Positions 1 through 7,634 of a stretch of DNA of 33,152 nt are shown here, piece by piece (the first letter of the stretch is position 1; the number at the start of each line of letters is the position of its first letter). Below the pieces are notes generated by a model, which was given only the letters and a program-made list of their open reading frames with translations, had not been told where the DNA came from and made no database searches. The DNA is from a virus. The stretch lies in UHGV virus genome UHGV-0189815; one strand, written 5' to 3'. Made by a program: the position numbers and the translations under genes.

Positions 1-747
1 GTGACCAAACTCAAACTTCTGGCACTTGGAGTGCTTATCGCAACGTCTGCAGGCGTAGCGCACGCTGAAGGTAAATTTTCCCTGGGCGCAGGCGTAGGTG
101 TCGTTGAACACCCATATAAAGATTACGATACCGATGTTTACCCAGTACCGGTAATCAACTATGAAGGCGATAACTTCTGGTTCCGTGGCTTAGGTGGTGG
201 TTACTACCTGTGGAATGACGCAACGGATAAACTTTCAATTACCGCTTACTGGTCGCCGCTTTACTTCAAAGCGAAAGACAGTGGCGATCACCAAATGCGT
301 CACCTGGATGACCGTAAGAGCACCATGATGGCTGGTCTGTCTTATGCTCACTTTACCCAGTACGGTTACCTGCGTACCACCCTGGCTGGCGATACCCTGG
401 ATAACAGCAACGGCATTGTCTGGGATATGGCCTGGTTGTATCGTTACACCAACGGTGGCCTGACCGTGACTCCGGGTATTGGTGTGCAGTGGAACAGCGA
501 AAACCAGAACGAATACTATTATGGCGTATCGCGCAAAGAGTCCGCTCGCAGCGGTCTGCGTGGCTATAACCCGAACGACAGCTGGAGCCCTTACCTGGAG
601 CTGAGCGCCAGCTACAACTTCCTCGGCGACTGGAGTGTTTACGGTACCGCGCGCTATACCCGTCTGTCTGATGAAGTTACTGACAGCCCGATGGTGGATA
701 AATCCTGGACTGGCCTGATTTCTACCGGGATCACCTACAAATTCTGA
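1..747 (+). CDS. mipA: MipA/OmpV-family outer-membrane protein (MltA-interacting protein); host flank
   Basis: 248-aa ORF with N-terminal signal peptide (MTKLKLLALGVLIATSAGVAHA) and a beta-rich, aromatic C-terminus ending ...TGITYKF typical of outer-membrane barrels; I recognise the sequence as enterobacterial MipA. GTG start at window edge. Confidence 0.85.
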   Translation: MTKLKLLALGVLIATSAGVAHAEGKFSLGAGVGVVEHPYKDYDTDVYPVPVINYEGDNFWFRGLGGGYYLWNDATDKLSITAYWSPLYFKAKDSGDHQMRHLDDRKSTMMAGLSYAHFTQYGYLRTTLAGDTLDNSNGIVWDMAWLYRYTNGGLTVTPGIGVQWNSENQNEYYYGVSRKESARSGLRGYNPNDSWSPYLELSASYNFLGDWSVYGTARYTRLSDEVTDSPMVDKSWTGLISTGITYKF

Positions 748-780
748 TAATGCATCTTTCCAGGGCATTTTGTGCATAAA

Positions 781-806
781 AACAGGGCGTCACGCCCTGT
801 TTTTGT
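781..806 (+). terminator. Rho-independent terminator downstream of mipA
   Basis: GC-rich inverted repeat cagggcgtcacgccctg followed by a T run (ttttt), about 35 nt after the mipA stop. Confidence 0.7.
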
Positions 807-913
807 ACATTTAAAAACAGTAACTTATAAAATTATCAATCAGTTAGCACTTATTGAAACCAAACGAACACACATCAAAACAATGTAGTGTGGTCATTTT
901 GTGGATCATGCCC

Positions 914-941
914 ATAAAAAAGGCGGGCATATTCACCCGCC
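914..941 (-). terminator. Putative rho-independent terminator downstream of integrase (minus strand)
   Basis: Inverted repeat ggcgggcatattcacccgcc with an adjacent A run on the plus strand (T run on minus), just past the int stop at 962. Confidence 0.45.
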
Positions 942-961
942 AATTCTCGTTTTAAGAATGG

Positions 962-1954
962 TTATATTTTCATCGTAGCTAATGGGTTTAATGTCACCGC
1001 ATCAAACAAATGATCAGGGGCAAAGTGGGCATACGTCATCGTTTGTTGGATTTTGTGATGGCCCAGGACTCGTTGAAGTACCAATATGTTTCCTCCGTTT
1101 GCCATGAAATGAGAGGCGAAAGTGTGCCTGAAAGCGTGAGTTGCCTGTCCGTCAGGTAGATCAGGAACAGCGCCTTTAATAACTTTTCGTGCAGTCTGAT
1201 AGCTCGCATCCGGGAAAATCAGTTGTTTGTCGTGTACTTCAATCCTCTGCATTAACTCCATTTCCAGTTCCTTACCGATAGGAACTGAACGTGATTTGCC
1301 ATTTTTGGTTTTTGTAAATGTCACCATGCCGTTAACCAGTCTCTGCCTGGTTAATTTTGCACCTTCACTCCATCGTGCACCGGTGGACAGACAAAGTTTG
1401 GCTATCAGCTTGTTGTCGCCTGTTAACTCTGTCAGAACCGTTCTAATCTGTTCGTCAGTAAAATATCCCTGTTCTGATTCGGTCAGTTTCAGTTCTGCGA
1501 GTCCAGTCATTGGGTTGTTATCCCAGAATAGATCCAGTTCTTTCAATTTACTGAACACTGACTTCAAGTATCGTTGTTCATTATTTAACGTTTTTGGCGC
1601 GATCCCTTCTGCCCGCCGTTTTGTTCGGTACTCTGCAAAAAGCTGGGCGGTGAGTTGGGTTATACGTGGATTATTTAAGCGCGCGCATGAGGCATTCAAA
1701 ATCCATAACCGGTTTTTGCAGTCGGTGAGCGTTTGCCCGTGGTTCTTCCACCACAATTCGATCAGTTCAGATAACCGACGCCGATCAGCTGGTTTTTCCA
1801 GCCATTCTTTATTATTAGCACTGGCTATTATCCAGCGTTCAAAGGTGACAGCCTCTGATTTAGTGGAGAATGAACGCCTGACGCGCTTCCCGGAACGCCC
1901 CGCAGGCCGAACATCAACCATGTATTTTCCGTTGTCCTTTTTAGTAATGGTCAT
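962..1954 (-). CDS. int: Phage integrase, tyrosine recombinase (P2 Int-like)
   Basis: 330-aa ORF; N-terminus (KKDNGKYMVDVRPAGRSGKRVRRSF.TKSEA) and C-terminal catalytic region (LSTGARWSEG ... HAFRHTFASHFMANGGNILVLQRVLGHHKIQQTMTYAHF) align with my memory of P2 integrase; conserved R...H.R..Y active-site context present. Confidence 0.9.
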   Translation of the reverse strand: MTITKKDNGKYMVDVRPAGRSGKRVRRSFSTKSEAVTFERWIIASANNKEWLEKPADRRRLSELIELWWKNHGQTLTDCKNRLWILNASCARLNNPRITQLTAQLFAEYRTKRRAEGIAPKTLNNEQRYLKSVFSKLKELDLFWDNNPMTGLAELKLTESEQGYFTDEQIRTVLTELTGDNKLIAKLCLSTGARWSEGAKLTRQRLVNGMVTFTKTKNGKSRSVPIGKELEMELMQRIEVHDKQLIFPDASYQTARKVIKGAVPDLPDGQATHAFRHTFASHFMANGGNILVLQRVLGHHKIQQTMTYAHFAPDHLFDAVTLNPLATMKI

Positions 1955-2058
1955 TTGTCATTTTCTCCGGCTGTGAATGCTGGTCGTCATTTGCTGACGA
2001 ACTGAACTGGGTAACACGGGCAGCAATATATAACTGTTCAATTTGTTGCCAGTTCGGG

Positions 2059-2337
2059 TTATTGGTTAATAGATTGTTTTGGCGAGCGAAGAGGGAAAAG
2101 CGCCGGATCGATTTGCCCGGATGATGCTGCGGTCTTATTTGTCATCATCCATAACGTATATTTATTGAATCTGGGGTTTCGGGTGATCTTCAATAAATCA
2201 ATATCAGGCAGCGTCATTATTATTTGCTGCCTGAATTGATACAGTGTCTTCTTCGAAATATCACAAAATATCGCGAATTCGCAGATAGTGAGATTTTCAG
2301 CATTAATTATCAAGAATAAGCGGTTACGCAAGGACAT
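2059..2337 (-). CDS. P2 C-type repressor paralog (int-proximal copy, 'C2')
   Basis: C-terminal segment NPRFNKYTLWMMTNKTAASSGQIDPAL closely matches the P2 C repressor motif (PQFTKYTLWFMTNQIAPESGQIAPAL). ORF track starts at 2364; the internal ATG at 2337 has a GAGGTG Shine-Dalgarno just upstream, so the shorter 92-aa form is preferred. Sits directly upstream of int, as C does in P2. Confidence 0.6.
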   Translation of the reverse strand: MSLRNRLFLIINAENLTICEFAIFCDISKKTLYQFRQQIIMTLPDIDLLKITRNPRFNKYTLWMMTNKTAASSGQIDPALFPLRSPKQSINQ

Positions 2338-2380
2338 ATACACCTCGATTGCTATTATTGGCATTCAGGGCGCAAATATA

Positions 2381-2398
2381 TTGTTCGCACACGAACAA
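2381..2398. promoter_or_regulatory. Perfect inverted repeat TTGTTCG-N4-CGAACAA in the promoter region upstream of the int-proximal repressor paralog
   Basis: 18-bp palindrome read directly from the sequence in the AT-rich intergenic region 2365..2518; candidate operator. Not a LexA-box consensus. Confidence 0.3.
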
Positions 2399-2518
2399 AT
2401 TTTAGCCAAAACTGCTTATCAGTAATTCATGTATGTAATAAATGGTAATTATCAATCAATATAAAATATATGTTGTATATTTTTTGTGTAATTTATTAAA
2501 AAGTAATATATCGCACAA

Positions 2519-2953
2519 TTAGAACAGATCTTTTACCAAAGCGATTATGACTCCTGCTGTAGCGAAAAGGGCAGAGCATAGCCATATCATTTGCTTATGT
2601 AATCCCTTTGCAAGATCTTCCCTGGTTGCGGACCTGGACTCTTTGAGTTCGCCGCTAATCTGTGCCTTAAGCTCGCGCATATCTCCGGTCATCTGCGCAC
2701 GGAGTTCTTTCATATCCCCAGTTATCTGCGCCTTGAGTTCACGCAGATCGCCCTTTGAGGCGAAGTCATCAGCGCGCGCGTTGAGATGGGTAAGTTCTTT
2801 AACAATTACACCGGTATTGTCTTCCAGTTTTTCAACGCGTTTTATTAGGCTGTTCATGCCGTTGCCTCCGTCGTCACTACTGTTTGTGGACTCATTATTT
2901 ATGGGTACCTGACGTTCTCTTATATGATGAACATTATCCTTAGTCTGACTCAT
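2519..2953 (-). CDS. Tail-anchored coiled-coil membrane protein with tandem 11-residue repeats (moron gene; function unknown)
   Basis: 144-aa ORF with AAGGA Shine-Dalgarno 8 nt upstream; repeats GDLRELKAQIT/GDMKELRAQMT/GDMRELKAQIS (33-bp DNA period, about 2639..2752); single C-terminal hydrophobic helix (MIWLCSALFATAGVIIALV). Its start overlaps the stop of the upstream gene. Confidence 0.7.
   Translation of the reverse strand: MSQTKDNVHHIRERQVPINNESTNSSDDGGNGMNSLIKRVEKLEDNTGVIVKELTHLNARADDFASKGDLRELKAQITGDMKELRAQMTGDMRELKAQISGELKESRSATREDLAKGLHKQMIWLCSALFATAGVIIALVKDLF
2639..2752. repeat. About 3.5 tandem copies of a 33-bp coding repeat inside the coiled-coil gene
   Basis: Repeated 11-aa units in the translation correspond to near-identical 33-nt units in the DNA. 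Confidence 0.7.
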
Positions 2954-3389
2954 TTTTGCATTCCTTGCGATTCTCTTCTATCCATGCGACGACCGGGCGG
3001 GCGCGATAAATGCTGATATGCCCGCAGTTTGGGCAATTAATTTTATATTCGACATCGGCTAATCTTATTTTTGTATGAGTATTCACAAACACGGGCGTTA
3101 CATACCAGAGAGTATTATCAGCTGCGAATTTCTCCTGATCGATTTGCGATAAAGAGTCATAGTTTTCGGGAGTCTTTGCACCGTTATAAACTCCGTTTTC
3201 GGACATTGTTAATTTAGTAAATCCACATGATATGCAGAACTGAGCGGCGTTTTTTGACATCAAAAATTCAGCGAATAATTCAGGGGTAACTTGTTGTAGC
3301 CTTTTCATAAGTTCTGGTGATGGTTCTCCATAGCGGGAATTACGAGGTGGGCGTATTGGGGGTATAAATGTATCATTATCTTTTGACAT
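2940..3389 (-). CDS. Hypothetical protein with Cys-rich zinc-ribbon-like motifs (moron gene)
   Basis: 149-aa ORF with AAGGA Shine-Dalgarno upstream; CxxC (CISCG) and CPNCG motifs; AT-rich codon usage unlike the neighbouring phage genes; apparently co-transcribed downstream of the repressor. Confidence 0.65.
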   Translation of the reverse strand: MSKDNDTFIPPIRPPRNSRYGEPSPELMKRLQQVTPELFAEFLMSKNAAQFCISCGFTKLTMSENGVYNGAKTPENYDSLSQIDQEKFAADNTLWYVTPVFVNTHTKIRLADVEYKINCPNCGHISIYRARPVVAWIEENRKECKNESD

Positions 3390-3431
3390 ACATTTTCCTT
3401 ATGTATTATTCGCCCGCAGTGCGGGCGGTGA

Positions 3432-3692
3432 TTAACCGGTCTTTTTCTCTTCTTTGGTAACTGGTGCTATCTGACCTGCTTCTGGTGCGGTGATGTCAGA
3501 CATCAGCCATAGCGTGTATTTTTGAAAGCGCGGGTGTTGGGCGATTTTAACCAAAGCACTACCACCAGGTTCATACCCCCCCGTTTCATATTTCCTAAGC
3601 GTATTTATAGATAAGTCAATAACTTCGCAAAACTCATTCTGACTAAGACCTTCGGCTGCTCTAATCGCTTTTAATTTTTCACCAAGTTTCAT
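3432..3692 (-). CDS. P2 C-type immunity repressor (switch-proximal copy)
   Basis: C-terminal HPRFQKYTLWLMSDITAPEAGQIAPV matches the P2 C repressor motif; transcribed divergently from the Cox-like gene. ORF track start 3707 is a TTG; the first ATG is at 3692; the true start is uncertain. Confidence 0.7.
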   Translation of the reverse strand: MKLGEKLKAIRAAEGLSQNEFCEVIDLSINTLRKYETGGYEPGGSALVKIAQHPRFQKYTLWLMSDITAPEAGQIAPVTKEEKKTG

Positions 3693-3700
3693 TTGACAGT

Positions 3701-3746
3701 AGTCCAATTAGACATTAAATTTCCCTTCATGCAGTCTAATTAGACT
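3701..3746. promoter_or_regulatory. Candidate operator pair in the lysis-lysogeny switch region
   Basis: Two 14-bp palindromic sites, agtccaattagaca (3701..3714) and agtctaattagact (3733..3746, perfect palindrome), spaced 32 bp apart between the divergent repressor and Cox-like genes. Confidence 0.45.
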
Positions 3747-3789
3747 ACTTGAAGACAAGCGAAACCAATCTAAACAGACAGGATATCAA

Positions 3790-4209
3790 ATGACACCAGA
3801 GCAAAACAGAGCTTTACCCGCACATCAGGAGGCTGATCCTGGTTACTACCCGGTCGTTGAACTGGCACAAGGCGCGTTTTTACCCGAACAGACTCAAAGC
3901 AATCATCAGCGCCGCGCTCGGCGATCCCCTGATAGTCGTTCTGAACGTGAACTAATGGCAATTGACCGCGCACTGAAACATATCCTTAGTAGTGGCATTA
4001 AACCGGTTTTAACAGTGCAGGAATTTTCCGAATTCTTCGGACAGTCTTTGCGTAAGGTTCAAAGCGATGCTGAGCGCGGCTATCTGCCATTAGTGCCGCG
4101 TGTCGATCCAAATCGTCGCGAACTAAGACAAATCAATATGGTTGCATGGTATGCCAGAGCTTTTATGACTGCCGAAGCCAGCCTGACAAAAACGACAGCG
4201 TTTAATTGA
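3790..4209 (+). CDS. Cox/Apl-like excisionase-type regulator (first gene of the early rightward operon)
   Basis: C-terminal part (TVQEFSEFFGQSLRKVQSDAERGYLPLVPRVD...MVAWYA) resembles P2 Cox (PYQEFAKLIGKSTGAVRRMIDKGKLPVID...WVYLPAW). Start ambiguous: ATG 3790 has an AGGA-type Shine-Dalgarno; the internal ATG 3955 would give a Cox-sized 84-aa product. Confidence 0.55.
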   Translation: MTPEQNRALPAHQEADPGYYPVVELAQGAFLPEQTQSNHQRRARRSPDSRSERELMAIDRALKHILSSGIKPVLTVQEFSEFFGQSLRKVQSDAERGYLPLVPRVDPNRRELRQINMVAWYARAFMTAEASLTKTTAFN

Positions 4210-4217
4210 GAGGAAAA

Positions 4218-4454
4218 ATGTTTAATCCACTTAACACAGAAAAGGCGCGGGAAGTCGATCCGTTTTATGAAGGGTACGACGTGCCGGTATATGTGCAACC
4301 GGGTAAGCGACTGCCCGTCGCGATCGAATCCCGCGAAATGGAAATGGCAATTCTGGCCGCGTTTGATTACGGCATTGACGCACTGAACGATGACGGACGC
4401 CACCAACTGGACCGCCTGATCGCTGATCTAAAGCTTGCCATTACTGGCAGATAA
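4218..4454 (+). CDS. Hypothetical early protein
   Basis: ORF in the early operon; likely start at ATG 4218 (MFNPLN...), with GAGG upstream. No recognisable motif. Confidence 0.45.
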   Translation: MFNPLNTEKAREVDPFYEGYDVPVYVQPGKRLPVAIESREMEMAILAAFDYGIDALNDDGRHQLDRLIADLKLAITGR

Positions 4455-4465
4455 ACGGGTGCGCA

Positions 4466-4687
4466 ATGAGCCAATATTTTTTTTCGGGGATATTTAATGT
4501 TGCGGTTTTTATTTTGGGGGCCGTTGTTGTTTGGTCCTACGGAAGATTAAAAAACAGTAGCAACAGAATCCGTTTTATTGACGCATTACACAGGGATATT
4601 GAAGCGGCGGCACCATTATTTTTAGATGTATTTTGTGGCTGGTTGCTAATATTTGGCGTCGTTTCCCTTTCAGAGTGTCTTTTATGA
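4466..4687 (+). CDS. Hypothetical small membrane protein (two predicted transmembrane helices)
   Basis: 73-aa ORF with two hydrophobic segments; AT-rich; position in the early operon. Confidence 0.35.
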   Translation: MSQYFFSGIFNVAVFILGAVVVWSYGRLKNSSNRIRFIDALHRDIEAAAPLFLDVFCGWLLIFGVVSLSECLL

Positions 4688-4914
4688 GTGAACAACAAAT
4701 TCCTTCATTCGCCAGTCTATTACGTAACGGTTGCCAGGTCACACATTGCAAATCGACGCGCGGCTGGATTGAAACACCGGACGGGCGTTATTTTAAGCCT
4801 GAACCGGCAAAAGTTCAGTTTATTAAGGGCAGAAACAGGCCTTTTGTATATACGCAAAAAATAAACAGGGGCGTAATAGCCGCATTGATTAAATTAATTA
4901 AACGCTATTTTTAA
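4684..4914 (+). CDS. Hypothetical early protein
   Basis: In-frame ATG at 4684 (MSEQQIPSF...) inside the ORF-track ORF 4633..4914; overlaps the stop of the upstream ORF. Confidence 0.4.
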   Translation: MSEQQIPSFASLLRNGCQVTHCKSTRGWIETPDGRYFKPEPAKVQFIKGRNRPFVYTQKINRGVIAALIKLIKRYF

Positions 4915-4991
4915 TTAACTGAATTTATTAAATATCACACATCACTTTAAAAAGTGGTGCGGATTCTTTCAACCTAAAAACGGGTAATTAT

Positions 4992-5207
4992 ATGTCTATG
5001 ACTAAACGGGATGAATACAGTTTTGTATTGCATTCATTTTTACCGGAGCTTGAAGAGCGCGGAATGACTATAAAAACGCGTAACGCAGGCGAATTAACAC
5101 TGGCATCAACAGATCCTGATGTTGTTGCATTTATACAATCCATGCGCCGTCGTCTTACTAATGCGCTGAGCCGTCCATCTCTTCCCTCTTCACCATACGG
5201 AATCTAA
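4992..5207 (+). CDS. Hypothetical early protein
   Basis: 71-aa ORF immediately upstream of, and same strand as, the exonuclease gene. Confidence 0.45.
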   Translation: MSMTKRDEYSFVLHSFLPELEERGMTIKTRNAGELTLASTDPDVVAFIQSMRRRLTNALSRPSLPSSPYGI

Positions 5208-5209
5208 TC

Positions 5210-5797
5210 ATGAATAATATAATGATTGACATTGAAACATTAGACAATAAACCAACTGCCGCAATTGTTTCTATTGCTGCCGCATTTTTCGATCCCCGAA
5301 CTGGCGAGATTGGGATGTCTATTTATATTCCCGTCAATGTTGCTGATGCTCAATACAAAGGGGCGACAATTGGTGCGGATACTGTTAAATGGTGGATGAA
5401 GCAAAATTTATGCGCAAGAGATGAGCTTGTATCTGATGCTGGCTTGCCTTTATCAGAGTCGCTCTATAAGTTGAACGATTTTTGTTGTTTTTGTGATGAT
5501 TCAGACAATTTAAAAATATGGGCGCGCGGCACTGATTTTGATTTACCAGTTATTTATCACTCAATGCGCCTGACAGGGATTCGTCCGGCCTGGAATTTCT
5601 GGAATGCTCGCGACGTTAGAACGGTTGCAGAAATCGCGCTGACAATATGCGGTCATTCATCAATGCGCGCGGTTCTGGAACATCCGCATCACGCAATGAA
5701 TGACGTTATTAACCAGATTGCCAGATTAAGCGACGATATCAAAAACATTTCTGCCGTTCGCGCGGAGAAGGTGAATCATGATTCGCCGGAAAAATGA
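5210..5797 (+). CDS. DEDD-family (DnaQ-like) 3'-5' exonuclease
   Basis: Exo I motif IDIETLD near the N-terminus and HHAMNDV (H-x4-D) near the C-terminus, as in DEDDh exonucleases; 195 aa. Confidence 0.7.
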   Translation: MNNIMIDIETLDNKPTAAIVSIAAAFFDPRTGEIGMSIYIPVNVADAQYKGATIGADTVKWWMKQNLCARDELVSDAGLPLSESLYKLNDFCCFCDDSDNLKIWARGTDFDLPVIYHSMRLTGIRPAWNFWNARDVRTVAEIALTICGHSSMRAVLEHPHHAMNDVINQIARLSDDIKNISAVRAEKVNHDSPEK

Positions 5798-5999
5798 TAA
5801 TTGCCCCGCCTGCGTTGTTGATCAGGCACACAATTTAATTAATGAATTCCGACAGGGTCGCCGCGATAAAGTGCGGCGGCTGGCGACTGGTTATCTGTCA
5901 ATTGCAATCGGCAGATGTTGGCGGTTACTGAGTAAAAACGACGGCCAGCAATGGACTTTATTAACTCACGAACGATATAACAAGGAATATAAAAAATGA
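5778..5999 (+). CDS. Hypothetical small protein with CxxC motif
   Basis: 73-aa ORF with AGGTGA Shine-Dalgarno; overlaps the exonuclease stop and abuts the dam start (translational coupling). Confidence 0.5.
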   Translation: MIRRKNDNCPACVVDQAHNLINEFRQGRRDKVRRLATGYLSIAIGRCWRLLSKNDGQQWTLLTHERYNKEYKK

Positions 6000-7012
6000 T
6001 CAGACCGTTTTTGAAGTGGGCAGGTGGAAAAACTCGCGCTTTGCCTGAGCTGCTGCCGCACTTGCCAAAGGGTTATTGTCTGATGGAACCATTTGTTGGC
6101 GGCGGTTCGGTATTTTTAAACACAAGTTATGATAAGTATGTTTTAGCTGATATTAATTCAGATCTGATAAATACGTATGAAAACGTGAAGCATCGCACTA
6201 ATCTATTTATTGACGTTGCACGGGAATTATTTAAAGAAGGTAATTCAAAAGAATATTATTTAAAGATTCGCAAAGAATTTAACGAACTAAATACAAGTTA
6301 CCACGAATGCGGTCGCCGCCCCTTATCACTGAGATTGTCGTTAATGCAGTCGGCGCGGTTTCTCTATTTGAATCGGCACGGTTATAACGGCGTTTGCCGC
6401 TATAACAATAAACTGGAATACAATGTTCCGTTTGGTCAACATAAGACAGCGCCGTATTTTCCCGAAGAGGAGATCCGGCGGTTTGCAGAAAAGGCGAATG
6501 ATACAAACGCAGTGTTTCTCAATCTTAATTTTGATGACACATTATCAATGCTGACATTCGGGCCTAATCTCGTTATTTACTGCGATCCGCCATATTTACC
6601 CGCCAGCGAAACCGCAGACTTTACCACGTATTACGGACAGAGATTTTCGCGGGACGATCACTGCCGCTTAGTTCAGAAATTATTAGAAATAAGTGCGCGT
6701 GGTGCTGCAAAAGTTGTTATTTCAAACAGCGACACACCCGCCGCGCGAGAAATATACGTGTCGTTTACATTTCAGGAAATTAATGTTCAACGGTCAGTCA
6801 GTGCCAATACCAGCAAACGCGCGACTGCAAAAGAAGTGATCGGATATATCCCACATTGTGAATATTGCGGGGGTCGTCTGATTACTGGCCGTCCGTGTAG
6901 TTGTGACACCCAACGCCGCACGGTTTGGGGTTGCCCTGATGGCGGCTGCGGAGCTTGTGACAGTGTCGATCTTTGTGCGAGCGCGGGGAGTGAATTCTAT
7001 GACCAGGACTAG
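5996..7012 (+). CDS. dam: DNA adenine (N6) methyltransferase, Dam family, with Cys-rich C-terminal extension
   Basis: N-terminal FLKWAGGK and FVGGGSVF (SAM-binding motif I) and catalytic DPPY motif (IYCDPPYLPA); about 60 extra C-terminal residues with nine Cys (CEYCGG...CSCD...CPDGGCGACD...C). Confidence 0.85.
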   Translation: MIRPFLKWAGGKTRALPELLPHLPKGYCLMEPFVGGGSVFLNTSYDKYVLADINSDLINTYENVKHRTNLFIDVARELFKEGNSKEYYLKIRKEFNELNTSYHECGRRPLSLRLSLMQSARFLYLNRHGYNGVCRYNNKLEYNVPFGQHKTAPYFPEEEIRRFAEKANDTNAVFLNLNFDDTLSMLTFGPNLVIYCDPPYLPASETADFTTYYGQRFSRDDHCRLVQKLLEISARGAAKVVISNSDTPAAREIYVSFTFQEINVQRSVSANTSKRATAKEVIGYIPHCEYCGGRLITGRPCSCDTQRRTVWGCPDGGCGACDSVDLCASAGSEFYDQD

Positions 7013-7196
7013 TGCGCCCGCCGTCATTACCCGTGTATTTGACATATGGGAAATAAAAAAGAATGAGCAGTATTTAATTGATGCCGAAGTGTTTATTGAC
7101 GGGTTTTACCGCAATGAACAGATCACGCGTTCCACGCGATATCAGGCAATTAGAGTTTTACCCGGTGACAATATTGATTTGAGGGGTGCGGAATGA
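6999..7196 (+). CDS. Hypothetical small protein
   Basis: In-frame ATG 6999 overlapping the dam stop; 65 aa; no recognisable motif. Confidence 0.35.
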   Translation: MTRTSAPAVITRVFDIWEIKKNEQYLIDAEVFIDGFYRNEQITRSTRYQAIRVLPGDNIDLRGAE

Positions 7197-7597
7197 CAAT
7201 TCACATAGTAGCGATTCAGCCGGATTATTTTCAGCCAGTGTTAAAACGCGAAAGACGCGCGGTGCTGTTAAATGAGGGGGATTATATAAAAGAAGATTTT
7301 TTATTTATCCGTGAGTTTGTTTTTGACGATACAGGAAAGAATCCGCCAACGGCGACAGGGGCTTGTGTCGCCGGGGTGATTACTGATGTTTATAAGACGG
7401 GGACTGGCGATGTTTTGCTGAGTTTTGATCTGTTATTTGTGTATAGCTATGTGCTTATTAATTGGGGTCTGACAAGAGGTGATCTGCTTAAACTGAGTAT
7501 TTACCCTGACTTTCTTGAAGAGCTTTTTACCGCGCACCCTCATTCGCCCGTATTTTACGCGATCGCTTACCGCATGATTGAAGAGGCGGATTTATGA
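7193..7597 (+). CDS. ASCH/PUA-like domain protein (putative)
   Basis: N-terminal pattern IHIVAIQPDYFQPVLKRERRAVLLNEGDY resembles the ASCH-domain N-terminus (conserved YF...E.R pattern); 134 aa; start overlaps the upstream stop. Confidence 0.5.
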   Translation: MTIHIVAIQPDYFQPVLKRERRAVLLNEGDYIKEDFLFIREFVFDDTGKNPPTATGACVAGVITDVYKTGTGDVLLSFDLLFVYSYVLINWGLTRGDLLKLSIYPDFLEELFTAHPHSPVFYAIAYRMIEEADL

Positions 7598-7634
7598 CCG
7601 CCTATTACAACGAAATCGATCCATTCGCTGCTCT

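Noticed and set aside
235-777. 180-aa minus-strand ORF antisense to mipA
   Set aside because: Entirely overlaps the well-supported mipA gene on the opposite strand; no start context or motif; typical antisense artefact.
1227-1976. 249-aa plus-strand ORF overlapping the integrase gene
   Set aside because: Antisense to a strongly supported integrase; Ser/Leu-rich, low-complexity translation.
2547-2912. 121-aa plus-strand ORF opposite the coiled-coil gene
   Set aside because: Its repetitive translation (SPVICA...) is the mirror image of the 33-bp coding repeats on the minus strand; the minus-strand gene has the ribosome-binding site.
3770-3973. 67-aa minus-strand ORF across the switch and Cox-like region
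   Set aside because: Overlaps the divergent promoter region and the Cox-like gene; no ribosome-binding site; likely spurious.
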